The notes beneath the pieces were generated by a model that made no database searches, was not told the DNA's origin, and saw only the letters and a list, made by a program, of their open reading frames with translations. 47,673 bases of DNA from an uncultured Nitrososphaerales archaeon. Lineage in GTDB: Archaea > Thermoproteota > Nitrososphaeria > Nitrososphaerales > Nitrososphaeraceae. The stretch spans positions 1 through 47,673 of the forward strand of contig CAVPXM010000023.1 of the NCBI GenBank assembly GCA_963709405.1, read 5' to 3'. The position numbers and the translations under genes are program-made. Below are positions 1-10,914 of this stretch, piece by piece; the first letter of the stretch is position 1, and the number at the start of each line of letters is the position of its first letter.

Positions 1-350
1 CAGGTGATTGGAGTATGAGTGTAGACAAAGGTAGATTAGCGATCTTTGTGGCTAACTTTTACACAGGTCCTGTTAATGGTGGAATCAGTAATCATACTCA
101 TCAAATAAGTAACTTTCGAGTTAACAATGACAATAGTTCTTCTATTATTCAACTTAGTCCAACTAAGAGTGTATCCATCTCAGGTATTTCAGATGTTGGA
201 ACAAATGGCAAGAAGGCATGGAATAATGTACATACAACAGTAGTTATCTCAAATCGCAGAACAGTAGTTATTAGTCTTGCTGATAAAGATACTCAAGCCC
301 ATTTTATGGGCCAACAAATCCATGGAATTGTTAAACGATTAAATATATAG
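1..350 (+). CDS. Hypothetical protein, 5'-truncated by the window edge; resembles thaumarchaeal exported beta-rich proteins
   Basis: Frame is open from position 3 (GDWSMSVDKG...HFMGQQIHGIV). Family resemblance is from recall only. Confidence 0.6.
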   Translation, partial: GDWSMSVDKGRLAIFVANFYTGPVNGGISNHTHQISNFRVNNDNSSSIIQLSPTKSVSISGISDVGTNGKKAWNNVHTTVVISNRRTVVISLADKDTQAHFMGQQIHGIVKRLNI

Positions 351-419
351 TAGATAAAAAATTGAATAGAGATGACAAATTATCCTATACAAGCACTACA
401 AGAATGTGATTATTCACTT

Positions 420-895
420 AGAGCCTATCCCAAAATTATCCTCCTGTAAATAAGAATACAACAACCCAAACATACTAACGCAATATAGTTTTCTAATTTG
501 TTTTGATATCTAATCGAAAGTTTTCTGAGCCTGTTTTGCCAGGAGTTAGTTCTTTCTACAACCCATCTCCTCGCCTGATGATTACTACCCTTAGTTATTG
601 ATCGCTCTCCTCTATGTCGAATGTGTGGATGGTATCCTTTCTTGATAACGCCATTCTCAATCTCCGGAAAATCATATCCTTTATCAAGATAAAGAAAGAT
701 TCTGTATTTCTTTATAAATCTTAGAGGGAGGTCTCTTAACTACGATGTTATCCAGCGTGTGTATAGGCAGCCTTCATATCATGCGTATTAGCCGCAGTTA
801 TAACAACAAATAATGGTATACCTTGTCCATCAGTCAATACATGACGTTTTGTTCCTAATTTGCCTCTATCTGTAGTATTAGGGCCAGTCAGTCTC
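420..895 (-). mobile_element. IS5-family transposase remnant (3' half) with one terminal repeat
   Basis: Minus strand reads GPNTTDRGKLGTKRHVLTDGQGIPL...AANTHDM, then DKGYD and RRWVVERTNSW, with frameshifts. Terminus GAGCCTATCCCAAAA at 421-435. Confidence 0.85.
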
Positions 896-1253
896 AACCA
901 ACTTCAGAAGGTTTGTCACTAGATGTTGAGAAGGAAACAAGACCTATTTTCATTCCACATGAGAAAGATACCATAATGAGTAAAGAAAACATTAATCGTT
1001 TATTGGTGGCATTGAGAGGTTACCGTTCAGATGGTCAATCCATCGACTAACCCCAAAATAGGCGATTAGAATAAAACGGTGAATATTATTGGCTACTATA
1101 TGTAATGGCATATGTATTCGTCATAAATCCATTAAGCGGTATCACGAATCTAATTATCAATCTGCGGCTAAAAGATGTCAAGTATGTTGCATATTTTTAA
1201 AATGGCCAAGAAACGCAAGATTTAAACCACGAATGAAATTTATTTCATAGTGT

Positions 1254-1367
1254 ATGGCTAGAATAGAATATCGTGACGGCAAGAACTACTGTCTAGATTG
1301 CAATGAATATATAGAAAACCTTCGAGAGCATATCGAAACCCGTCACGCTGACCCTAATCAGACTTAG
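1254..1367 (+). CDS. 37-aa C2H2-type zinc-finger microprotein
   Basis: MARIEYRDGKNYCLDCNEYIENLREHIETRHADPNQT has CxxC...HxxxxH. TTTAAA lies about 30 nt upstream. Below the ORF-track cutoff. Confidence 0.7.
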   Translation: MARIEYRDGKNYCLDCNEYIENLREHIETRHADPNQT

Positions 1368-1377
1368 ATTAAATCTA

Positions 1378-1420
1378 ACTCCAAAAAGGCTAGAATTAGC
1401 CTCCTTTTCGGCGTTGACCT
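1378..1420 (+). terminator. Hairpin downstream of the Zn-finger microgene
   Basis: AGGCTA-GAAT-TAGCCT stem flanked by an A-run and CCTTTT. Confidence 0.35.
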
Positions 1421-1602
1421 TCTCAGACTAGTTTAGTTATCTGATTTAGATACTGGTCTAGCTACCGTGACGGCATTAAGGGTATCTTGAAGCCCTATCT
1501 TCTAATTACTTTATTCGGCGTTCTCACCAATCTGTATTTTCAAAGATTTAATAAATGAAGGGTTTGCGCCATCAATATACTTAACTATCTGATATTAATA
1601 AT

Positions 1603-1755
1603 ATGACGAGAATGAATGTCGTTATCGACGATGAGCTGGAAGAGCGATTTAGGAAAACTATTGCCGATCACAAGGGATTGAGAAAGGGGAATATTAGTGA
1701 GGCATTAGAAGAAGCGATTGATATGTGGATACAGGCTCATCCTATTAAGAAATAA
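1603..1755 (+). CDS. 50-aa ribbon-helix-helix DNA-binding protein
   Basis: MTRMNVVIDDELEERFRKTIADHKGLRKGNISEALEEAIDMWI shows the alternating beta-strand plus two-helix RHH pattern. Not in the ORF track. Confidence 0.8.
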   Translation: MTRMNVVIDDELEERFRKTIADHKGLRKGNISEALEEAIDMWIQAHPIKK

Positions 1756-1788
1756 ATTATAAATGACCATAGTAAACATACAATTCTA

Positions 1789-2190
1789 ATGTCAGATGAA
1801 TTTATGCAGATAAAACAAGCGATACAAACGCTTCTTACTAATCCACAATCAGTCAATGGTCTATTTAGCTGGCTAGAAGGTTTACATAAACAAGAGCTAT
1901 CTGATATAAGTAAACAAGAAGACCTGTTGAAGGCTTTCGATATGGCTCGGCCAGACATAAAAGATATTACCAAAATAGCACGAGGAATAAACAATACACG
2001 TAAGCTAAATGCCGATAAATTTCAGGTCGTTTATGCGATTTTGCAAGTATTAGCCTTAAGAAGCATAGACAGGAAGGAACAAGTTACATACGAGTCTAGA
2101 AACATGCTTTCACAAGAAGACAGAAATGCATTAGATTGGTTGAGTAAATACCTAGATCATAAACCAGGTGGAGCTGATTTTGAACGATGA
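1789..2190 (+). CDS. Hypothetical helical protein
   Basis: 133-aa ORF 33 nt downstream of the RHH gene on the same strand. Confidence 0.6.
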   Translation: MSDEFMQIKQAIQTLLTNPQSVNGLFSWLEGLHKQELSDISKQEDLLKAFDMARPDIKDITKIARGINNTRKLNADKFQVVYAILQVLALRSIDRKEQVTYESRNMLSQEDRNALDWLSKYLDHKPGGADFER

Positions 2191-2445
2191 ATACTCGGTC
2201 AAACTCGCATAAATAGAAGAATATAAAAAGGTTCTGAAATATAAAAAGATCTATGAGGATTTGGTAGAATCCTTTCAATATATAATTGCGGATCTGTTTC
2301 AGTATGCAGATAAACAAAAAATGACCTTGCGAATAGAGATAGAATATATAGAAACATGCAAAGGGCTAGAGATCTAATACAGTATCGAATAAACAGTATG
2401 GAATCCGACGAAAATTTACATTCCATAGAAATCCGATGGAGGTAT
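2187..2445 (+). pseudogene. Degraded hypothetical gene
   Basis: IEEYKKVLKYKKIYEDLVESFQYIIADLFQYADKQK continues in another frame as RDRIYRNMQRARDLIQYR. Contains a stop and a frameshift. Confidence 0.4.
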
Positions 2446-2880
2446 CACAAAGTTTTTACTTTTTCGACCTCGTGCTCCTCGTCAGAGGCCCTTACGATAC
2501 CAGAACTTCCGCCAGTTATGATAACGACTTTTTTGGTCTGCCATGTGTACAGGATCATTGACGTACGAACCCCTTCTTTTCCATATAACTTTCCCCATAC
2601 CCATTGCTCCAGTTCTTTGTCAGTCAATTCAGTCCGTGCTTTGAAGACAGACTCTGCATCTTTTCCTACAGGATATCTCAATTCAGGGCTAGATGCATTT
2701 ACTGCATTTAGAATCACTTGCGCTACATCAACTGGATGAGATGAATTAGTAAGAAATGATTAGAGTCCTTGAAACAGCTGTTGTACTCTTTTAGCGTGTG
2801 GAGATTTATTCGACTCAAAGCCTCGAACTGTCTTGATATTGTTCATTAGGTTGCTTCTGATGAATCCAAAGAAAAACAAG
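2445..2880 (-). pseudogene. Two short-chain dehydrogenase (SDR) fragments: C-terminus of one, N-terminus of the next
   Basis: SSHPVDVAQVILNAVNASSPELRYPVGKDA (SDR C-terminus, internal stop upstream) is followed by KVVIITGGSSGI (TGxxxGIG Rossmann start), then truncated. Confidence 0.7.
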
Positions 2881-3098
2881 TATAATGCATGTCTGATGAG
2901 GAATGGTCTAGTTCTATTACGTTCAAACATTAAAATATAATGGTAAATAAGCTTTAGCTGTTATCTTTGGTTTACTTAGCAGGACCTAATAATAGTAGAT
3001 AAAACACCTTACAATAGCATCTAGCACCTATCAGAATAAGGCAGTCAGTGTTCCAATAGTTAAATAATACTTTCTTGAAGATAACTGGGTTTATAAAA

Positions 3099-5025
3099 AT
3101 GACTGAGCACATCATAAAAAAACAATCTAACTACTCCTGTGATGTTTTAATTATAGGTGGTGGCTCTGCTGGGCTTCGAGCTGCAATTGATGCTCATGAT
3201 GCTGGTACGAATGTTCTCATAATTAGTAAGAGTAAAAGAGGTGATCCTCATACAACACTTGCAAGAGGCGGTATCAATGCAGCTCTTGGTACTATGGATC
3301 CAGAAGACAACTGGATTATACATGCAGCTGACACTCTAAGAGAAGGTGAATTTCTTGCCGACTATGGAAGAGTCGAAGTGCTTTGCAAAAATGCACCCGA
3401 TGCTATAAATGAATTGGTAGATTGGGGCGCCAGATTTCATAGAGAGAAGGATGGTAGGCTAACACAGCGGTTTTTCGGAGCTCATACCTATAGAAGGACT
3501 GTGTTTTACGAAGATTGGACTGGTCAGGAAATAATACGTGTATTGATGGAGCAGGTAAATCAGCGAAAAATCAAAATAATAGACAATGTTTACATCACGA
3601 AATTATTATTAAAATCAGATGATAATGATATAGACGGAGAAAGACTACCATTATCATCAGCAACAGCAACACAGGAAGAACAAGTGGTAAAAGAAGAACA
3701 AGAAGCAGTCAGAGGAGCATTTGGAGTAAATATCGAAGAAAAGGAATTTGTGATCTTTGAGTGCAAGTCTTTAATCCTTGCAGCTGGTGGATATACACGA
3801 GTATTTGCGGTCAGTAGTTCTAGGATTTTTGAAAACTATGGAGAAGGTATAGCTCTAGCATATGAAATAGGTATAGATTTAGTAGACATGGAAATGGTGC
3901 AGTTTCATCCTACTGGAATGGTTTGGCCAGAAAAAGCAGTGGGTACTCTAGCTACAGAAGCAATACGAGGTGAAGGGGGTATTCTATTAAATTCAAAAGG
4001 TGAAAGGTTTATGAAAAATTACGATGCTGAGAGAATGGAGCTGGGGCCACGTGATGTAGTAGCTCGTGCTGTTTATAATGAAATAATCTCTGGGAGAGGT
4101 ACAGAACATGGTGGAGTTTGGTTAGATGTAACCCATCTACGAAAGGAAGTAATTCAAGAAAGGCTTACTACTATGTTTGAACAATTCCAAAGGCTTGATG
4201 GAATTGATATATCAAAAGAGAAAATGGAAGTTGGACCTACTGCACATTATTCTATGGGTGGAGTCGTAGTAGATATAAACTGTAGAACAAAGGTTAAGGG
4301 CTTATTTGCAGTTGGGGAAGTAATAAGTCAGATTCATGGTGCTAATCGTTTAGGTGGAAATAGCTTACTAGACACAGTAGTTTTTGGAAAAATTGCTGGT
4401 GGTGAAGGCAGCAAGATTTGCAAAGCAAGGAGCAACAGGAAATACGAAGAAAACTAAGGCACCATCACAGCTAAAAAAATCGAGTGTTGATAACCAAAAA
4501 AAGGGATTTGATGATAACGATGATTATTATGGAGGAATCTTTGTTGTTAAGGAACCAATTAACTTTCGTAATGAAATACAGGAATTAATGAAACAGAACG
4601 CAGGAATAGTAAGAGAACAGACAAGGCTTCAAAATGGATTGAAAAGAATTTTAGAATTAAAGAATGAGTTTTATTCTAATAAAGATAATATTAATATAAA
4701 AGAATTCGAAATTGACAATAATAATAATTTTGAAAATGTTGTTTTAAGTTGGCAGGTAAAATCATCGCTTATTGCTTGTGAGGCCATAATAAGAAGTGCC
4801 TTGATGCGACAAGAAAGCAGAGGGGCTCATTATAGATCGGACTTTCCAAAGATTGATGATGAAAGTTGGCATGTAAATATCTATTGCAGGAAGGAAGCAA
4901 AGGGAGTATCTACAGTTGCAGCGGAAATGGTATTGTTTAAACAGAACGTTAAAGAAATTGAAGGACCGCTGGCAGATTTTCTTAAATCACATGTCAAAGC
5001 AGCACACCATCGTACATTCGAATAG
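3099..5025 (+). CDS. Succinate dehydrogenase/fumarate reductase flavoprotein-family protein, split by a +1 frameshift near 4407-4408
   Basis: Motifs GGGSAG, HTxxARGG, EMVQFHPT, TEAIRGEGG, HYSMGG, HGANRLGGNSL and RQESRGAHYR. Removing one G joins ORFs 3075-4457 and 4384-5025 (AGGEAARFAKQG). Confidence 0.92.
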
Positions 5026-5427
5026 TCGTAGGGTGAAAACTAGTCTTAGCGAGGGGCCGAGGTTTGATTGTTCTTATTATCAGCCATTTTTTATTTATTT
5101 CAGCTAAATGATATTTAACGAACTGGGACTACGTATGTTGCGGAGTTATCCATTTAAGATTATCTATAACCAAGAATACTGCTAGCAAATTAGATAGCTT
5201 TGGCATTTCATCGTAGGTAAAAGATGTTGAATGGACCTTCTCAGATACATCGAGACAACTTACTAGAGGCAAGTAAGGGCACAGGGCTTGAGCTTGGCAC
5301 AAAAAATGTCAAAAGCTGTATCGGTGTAGATAAAAAAGTTGATCGCGATTCACAGCATCCGTCGTAGTTGTTGATAACTGTTTTCCAGCTAGATCTATTC
5401 TCTTTAATTTTTCTACTGCTGCTCACT

Positions 5428-6483
5428 TTAAGGATTTATTACTCCTCTTCCAACAATTTTACCATCTTTTAGCATTTGTAGAGCTTGTCCAGCTTGATCA
5501 AGTTTGAACTTGTTTGAAACCACTGGTTTAATTACACCTCGTTTGGCTAATGATACTAGTTGTACCAGATCGTCAAGGCTACCTGTATATGATCCGATTA
5601 TCTTATATGCCCTTGTAGGCATAGTAACTAAACTTAACCTTAATTCGCCTCCAAAGAGACCTACAAGCACTAGCCTTGCTCTTTTTCTGATTAATTGCAT
5701 ATCAGTTTCCACTGATTTGGTTGCGTTAACAAAGTCGATTATTGCATCTGCACCCAATTTATCAGTCAACTCCATGACCGCTTTTACAGGATCCTCTTTT
5801 TTTGAATTCACAATGGTATCTGCACCTTCTTTCTTTGCAACTTCTAATTTTTTATCATCGATATCCATAGCAATTATCCTAGCACCTGTAACTGCTTTTG
5901 CTAGTTGTATAGCCATTAAGCCCAGTCCTCCTGTTCCAACAATCACAACGTTATCAAATGGCTTTAGCTTTGCATTTCTTATTGCACCATACGCTGTAAG
6001 TCCAGCACACGACAAAGGTGCACTTGTATCTGTATCCATATCATCTCCCATTTTTACTAGATACTTGTAACTTGGTACCAATACATATTCTGCATAACCT
6101 CCATCCCTGTAGATACCCAACGACCTGGGTTTGTCACATAAATTCTCTTCACCAACTCTACATGCAGGACACATTCCATCGCCTATCCAAGGATATACGA
6201 GAACTTTTTCTTTTTTACTAAATCCTTCCACTTGTTCACCCATATCATCTACGATACCTGCAATCTCATGTCCTGGGGTAAGAGGATATTTTACGCCTCT
6301 ATCTATAGTTTTTAATTGTTGCCCGCCTATACCTTCATAGTAACCTTCCCACACGTGTACATCACTATGACATACACCTGATGACTGAACTTTAATTAAA
6401 ATCTGTGAACCTTTTGGCTTTGGCGTTTGAAGTTCTTGTACTTGTAGAGGTTCATTCACTTTAACAATTCTTGCAGCTTTCAT
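5428..6483 (-). CDS. adh: Zn-dependent (MDR) alcohol dehydrogenase
   Basis: GVCHSD, GHE, structural-Zn D-x2-C-x2-C-x7-C and GTGGLG nucleotide-binding motif; intact 351 aa. Confidence 0.95.
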   Translation of the reverse strand: MKAARIVKVNEPLQVQELQTPKPKGSQILIKVQSSGVCHSDVHVWEGYYEGIGGQQLKTIDRGVKYPLTPGHEIAGIVDDMGEQVEGFSKKEKVLVYPWIGDGMCPACRVGEENLCDKPRSLGIYRDGGYAEYVLVPSYKYLVKMGDDMDTDTSAPLSCAGLTAYGAIRNAKLKPFDNVVIVGTGGLGLMAIQLAKAVTGARIIAMDIDDKKLEVAKKEGADTIVNSKKEDPVKAVMELTDKLGADAIIDFVNATKSVETDMQLIRKRARLVLVGLFGGELRLSLVTMPTRAYKIIGSYTGSLDDLVQLVSLAKRGVIKPVVSNKFKLDQAGQALQMLKDGKIVGRGVINP

Positions 6484-6809
6484 GTGATGATATTCGTTTT
6501 AAGTCATCTATTATTTACACTATTAGGTTTGTATCTGTGGTAATCAGGACCTTTCTTCAATACTAAAGAAGTTGTGTGGGTACATTTCACACCGCTCTAG
6601 CTAACTTAATCCTTTGAGTATATTCAAGAGAAAGAGTTCAAATATCAAATGCCATATTCAGACATGTATAAGTCATAATCACAAGAGGATCCCAATTAAC
6701 TATAGAGATTTCAATATGACAACGAGCTGTTACTCAGCACGTTAAAATATTCTTTCAATACTAACTAACTAATAGACTTCTAGTGCCTTACTTTGAAGTC
6801 AAGTCTGTA

Positions 6810-7060
6810 TTATTCAGCTGATCGTGCTTCCAATATTTGATTAGTTTTTAACTCTCCATCCTCTAGAGAAAAATCTGCGTTCTCATACATAAATGGAAAA
6901 GGTTCATCGAGTGTTATATGCCATATTTTCGTTATTTCAGCACCCAGTTCTTTTTTGTACTTTTTGTATTTTAAGTGAATCCTTTCAATCTGTTTTTTAT
7001 CTACTTTATCCTTGTCTATTGATTCCTCTACGAATTTATACATCTCATCAATATACCTTT
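6810..7060 (-). pseudogene. C-terminal fragment of a patatin-like phospholipase paralogue
   Basis: KYKKYKKELGAEITKIWHITLDEPFPFMYENADFS...DGELKT aligns with the C-terminus of 9727-10914. Confidence 0.8.
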
Positions 7061-7306
7061 TAGATTAGCACTCAAGTTTTATCGCTATGAAGATAGTAAT
7101 ATTGAGTAAGATTGAAAGTGACTACTTTCTCAACTGTCTACAGATTTTCTTATTTTTAGAGACAGTACTACATGACGCTGTCAAGTAGACTCCCTTGAAA
7201 AGCATTATTTTTAATAGTAATTATAAATAGACAAATCTATCATAATATAATATGTATATCAGGGTATTCCATCTATTGGGAATAGTTACAGAGCGGAACT
7301 TAAACA

Positions 7307-8630
7307 ATGAACCCAGATGATATTAATGCATTAGTAATGGCAATAATAGTAGTTTCTGTTATCCTCGGCTTTACAATGTATTTCAACAATCCTAGTCTTA
7401 ATAAGGCCTGGTCAGTACAACAAAAAGACAAAGGCTTGGTCACAGTTGGTGTTCATTCAGCTGAATTTGAATTTGAAAAAAACTATGCCAATGTGAAGGG
7501 TGCTGTCCAAAGATTTGGAATAACTCATCCTGTAATGGCAGCTAGAATGGTAGAAAATCATACCATAACTACGATCAGGCTCAATACGACTCAGTTCCAG
7601 CAAATTAACAAGTCGCAATTTATAAAGGCACCTGAATTTACTCAAATTAGTGGTTACATAAATACACCTAATAATAGTCCAATCACACTTTCATCTCTTA
7701 AAGGAAAAGTAGTGTTAGTATACATTTGGACATATACGTGCATTAACTCGATTCGTCCTATGCCGTACATTCACGATTGGAATCAAAAATATTCTAATAA
7801 GGGTTTAGTCATAGTTGGTGTTCATTCACCTGAATTTGAATTTGAAAAAAACTATGCCAATGTGAAGGGTGCTGTCCAAAGATTTGGAATAACTTATCCT
7901 GTAATACTAGATAGCGATCATGGAACTTGGAATGCATATGGAAACCAGTATTGGCCCAGATTTTACTTGATTGATACTCAAGGATATATGAGATACGATC
8001 ACATAGGTGAAGGTGGTTATGATCAAATAGAAAAAGCAATTCAGTCACTAGTGGCTGAACGTGCTGCTCTAACGGGTGCAAAAGAAATAAGCTTCGATGC
8101 AAAGCCAACAACACTAATCAAACCAGGAAGTTTGCAGTATGTAGATTTAAGACAGAGTACAACACCAGAAATATACATAGGGTATGATAAAGCAAGAGCG
8201 CCACTTGGAAATCCTGAAGGCTTCAAACCAGATCAGACAGTTTCATACTCAATCTCAGCAACTACAAATTTCAAACCTGATATTGTATACCTTCAAGGCA
8301 ATTGGAAGAACAATCCCGATAATATGGAATTACAAAATGATACTGGCCGCATAGTTTTGACATATTATGCAAAGTCTGTAAATATAATAGCAGGAGGAAA
8401 GGGTGGAGGAGTTGTTTTTAATGATGAAGGCGTAGGAGGAGTAGCTGGCAGCATCAACAGCTAAGATACCGAACAAATCACTAGGAGAGGATCTATCACC
8501 TGATGGTAGTTTCAGAATTGACGGACAAAGGCTGTATAATTTAGCTATACATAACAACTATGCTGCTCATAATATCGTAATTGATGTTAAAGGCAAAGGA
8601 TTTCAATTCTATACCTTTACTTTCGGGTAG
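7307..8630 (+). CDS. DipZ-like membrane-anchored redoxin (thioredoxin fold plus C-terminal domain), +1 frameshift near 8447
   Basis: N-terminal TM helix; LKGKVVLVYIWTYTCINS, GVHSPEFEFEK, YGNQYWP and TPEIYIGY. The shifted frame continues RLYNL...FQFYTFTFG* to 8630. Confidence 0.88.
7431..7905 (+). repeat. About 105-bp in-frame direct duplication inside the redoxin gene (7431-7536 and 7800-7905)
   Basis: Near-identical DNA, offset 369 nt (123 codons): GVHSAEFEFEKNYANVKGAVQRFGITHPV vs GVHSPEFEFEKNYANVKGAVQRFGITYPV. Confidence 0.95.
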
Positions 8631-8633
8631 TTA

Positions 8634-8648
8634 GCGGGGCCGGCCCGC
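8634..8648 (+). terminator. GC-rich hairpin right after the redoxin stop codon
   Basis: GCGGG-GCCGG-CCCGC in an AT-rich background. Confidence 0.35.
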
Positions 8649-8941
8649 GTGTATATAATATTACTGCTTTCAATGAATGTTCTGAACCATCAATTGCTAC
8701 CATTATCTTTGAAAACTTTGAATGTGGTTCAGCTGCTGTTGACGAAGATAGTCTAATATTATACGACAATATCAAAGAGCTTATTCATAAGGACTCAGCA
8801 TCAGTCACTTTTCGACGCCACCCAATCTGTATACATTGTAGGTACTTTTGTTTTTTGATATCACTCTTATTCACTGCTGATATCTTCAAAGTTATTAACT
8901 TAAAAAAATGCAAGATAATAATGGATCTGTAAAAGCAAAGG

Positions 8942-8981
8942 AGTAATAATAGAGAAGAACAAGTAATAATAGAGAGGAACA
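8942..8981 (+). repeat. 20-bp tandem repeat (2 copies) abutting the ADH-fragment start
   Basis: AGTAATAATAGAGAAGAACA then AGTAATAATAGAGAGGAACA. Confidence 0.85.
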
Positions 8982-8982
8982 A

Positions 8983-9417
8983 ATGTTATCTTCCGTTATT
9001 TCATCAGTAAATGCAAAGTGGGAAGTTAAAGAAGTTCCTACTCCACAGGCTGGCACCAATCAAGTGCTTATAAAAATTCATGCTAGTGGCATATGCTACA
9101 CAGATGTTCATATTACTGAAGGTGGGCTAGGAGTAAAATTTCCATATACTATAGGCCATGAGCCTGCTGGAGAAATTGTTGCTTTAGGCGAAGGTGTAAC
9201 CACACGAAAAGTTGGCGATAGAGTAGGAGTTCCTTGGGTACAATCAACATGCGGCAGATGTGAATGGTGTCAGCGTGGTAAATTGTTCTTCTGTCCAAAC
9301 CAGATAGCAACTGGGATTAATATTGCAGGAAGTCATGCTGAATATATGGTTGCTTATGCTGATGCTACTCAGCTAATACCAAATGGTTTTCGATGCATCA
9401 TTTACAAAATCTGCTAG
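8983..9417 (+). pseudogene. N-terminal (GroES-like) fragment of a Zn alcohol dehydrogenase
   Basis: GICYTD, GHE, VGDRVG and CGRCEWC-x7-C; truncated near 9385 before the NAD-binding domain. Confidence 0.88.
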
Positions 9418-9640
9418 CTCATTTGTACGGAATTTCAAATCCTCTATATCAAAAACTCCTTCTGCTAGTCTGCGAAAGAATCGGGGTGCAATGCCATTTT
9501 CCAATACTTTTCCTCTTGGAGTTAGTATTGCTGCTCTCTGATCTGGTTCGTACGCCAATGGAATTAGATCTTGTTCGTTTCCTCCAGTACCGTGAAGTAA
9601 AAGAAAAGTTGTAAATGCTTTTCCTTCTGTTGCTAGTTGT
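9386..9640 (-). pseudogene. N-terminal fragment of an alpha/beta hydrolase (phospholipase/carboxylesterase, MhqD-like)
   Basis: FLLLHGTGGNEQDLIPLA...PRGKVLENG..RFFRRLAEGVFDIEDLKFRTNELADFV; ends before the nucleophile motif. Confidence 0.85.
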
Positions 9641-9726
9641 CTTGTTCTCTCTTCGCACTGAATTGCTGATATCGGTTATTCTACATGTGACTACATATGC
9701 AGGAAAATAATCGATAACAATCGTTA

Positions 9727-10914
9727 TTATTGTAGATGCATGAAACCGTTATCTTTTAGTATAGCCTTTGTTTTCAATTCTCCGTCTTTGATTGAAGCTT
9801 TTATGGTCTCTACTGAAAAATCTGCATTCTCATAAAGTGATGGAAACCTCTCTTCTCTAGTTATATAGTAAACATCCTTAATTTCTGCTCCATGCTGTTC
9901 TATTATTTTCTTGTATTTTGCTTGAATTTTTTTAAACTTGGCCTTATCTTCTTTTTTTTCAAAATCAAACCGATCTTCAATCAGATGGTAAAGTTCGTCA
10001 ATAAACCTAAGATAATAGGTGAATGCCTTGGACATTTTGACGTTGTGCACAGTTTTATCACTAAACATAATGTCTCTTGATCTATGCTGTACCTCATGTA
10101 TGTTATCTGGTAGCCGCTCAATATTTTTGGGATAATTTTCTACCAAAAAGATTCGTTTATCCTTTACAGGAGATGCTTCTATGACTTCTCTTAATGGAGT
10201 GTTACTTAGCAAACTACCATCCCAAGCATATACTCCTTTTTCCACTTCTACCCATCGAAAATAGTATGTTGGATAGCCTGTTGTTGCTAGTATGTGTCTT
10301 GGAGTTATTTGTTGTTTGCTGCTATCAAAAATTAGGGGCTCTGCAGTCAAGACATTAACTGCAGTTATTATCAGACGTGAGTTAGGTTGACCCGTAGGTT
10401 TTAGCTTGTTAAAATCAACATACTTTTCTAAGGTCTTTATGAGAGGAGAGTGATCAAATAGATATGTCCATTTGTTTGGTGTAAAGTATTGAGGATCGGT
10501 AAATGCATATTCAGGTCTCCATCTAGGCATAAAGACTTTCTTATTCCCATAGACCGCCGAAAAGTAGAATGAGATTGATGATTTAATTTGGGACAGGTGC
10601 ATCATCGGCGTATGATCTGTGGATGATATTTGTGCCTGATGTGCAGATGACTTATCTTCTACCAAAGGAAAATTCAAGTTCTTATCAACATTACCCTCAG
10701 CTAATTCTAACCAGTATTGTTCTAGTGCTTTTTCGGGATGGTCTTCCTTAGCACCAGCTATTATGGAAGCATTTAGTCCGCCCATCGATGTCCCAGCAAT
10801 TATATCTATTTTTATTTTGTTTTTTGCAAGTTCCTTATAAACACCACACCCAAATGCGCCTAAAGAACCGCCTCCTTGAAGTATCAAAACATTTTCAATG
10901 GCATCATCAGACAT
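9727..10914 (-). CDS. Patatin-like phospholipase family protein
   Basis: LQGGGSLG oxyanion loop, GTSMG nucleophile and WDGS catalytic Asp motif; 395 aa. Confidence 0.93.
   Translation of the reverse strand: MSDDAIENVLILQGGGSLGAFGCGVYKELAKNKIKIDIIAGTSMGGLNASIIAGAKEDHPEKALEQYWLELAEGNVDKNLNFPLVEDKSSAHQAQISSTDHTPMMHLSQIKSSISFYFSAVYGNKKVFMPRWRPEYAFTDPQYFTPNKWTYLFDHSPLIKTLEKYVDFNKLKPTGQPNSRLIITAVNVLTAEPLIFDSSKQQITPRHILATTGYPTYYFRWVEVEKGVYAWDGSLLSNTPLREVIEASPVKDKRIFLVENYPKNIERLPDNIHEVQHRSRDIMFSDKTVHNVKMSKAFTYYLRFIDELYHLIEDRFDFEKKEDKAKFKKIQAKYKKIIEQHGAEIKDVYYITREERFPSLYENADFSVETIKASIKDGELKTKAILKDNGFMHLQ

Noticed and set aside
4381-4460. Programmed ribosomal frameshifting in the split genes
   Set aside because: No slippery heptamer or stimulatory structure at the sites; a single extra base explains each case.
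5504-6340. Plus-strand ORFs inside adh, and similar ones at 1737, 17329, 24598, 33281, 34779, 39432-41108 and 42823-43317
   Set aside because: Antisense shadows of well-supported genes, with no motifs of their own.
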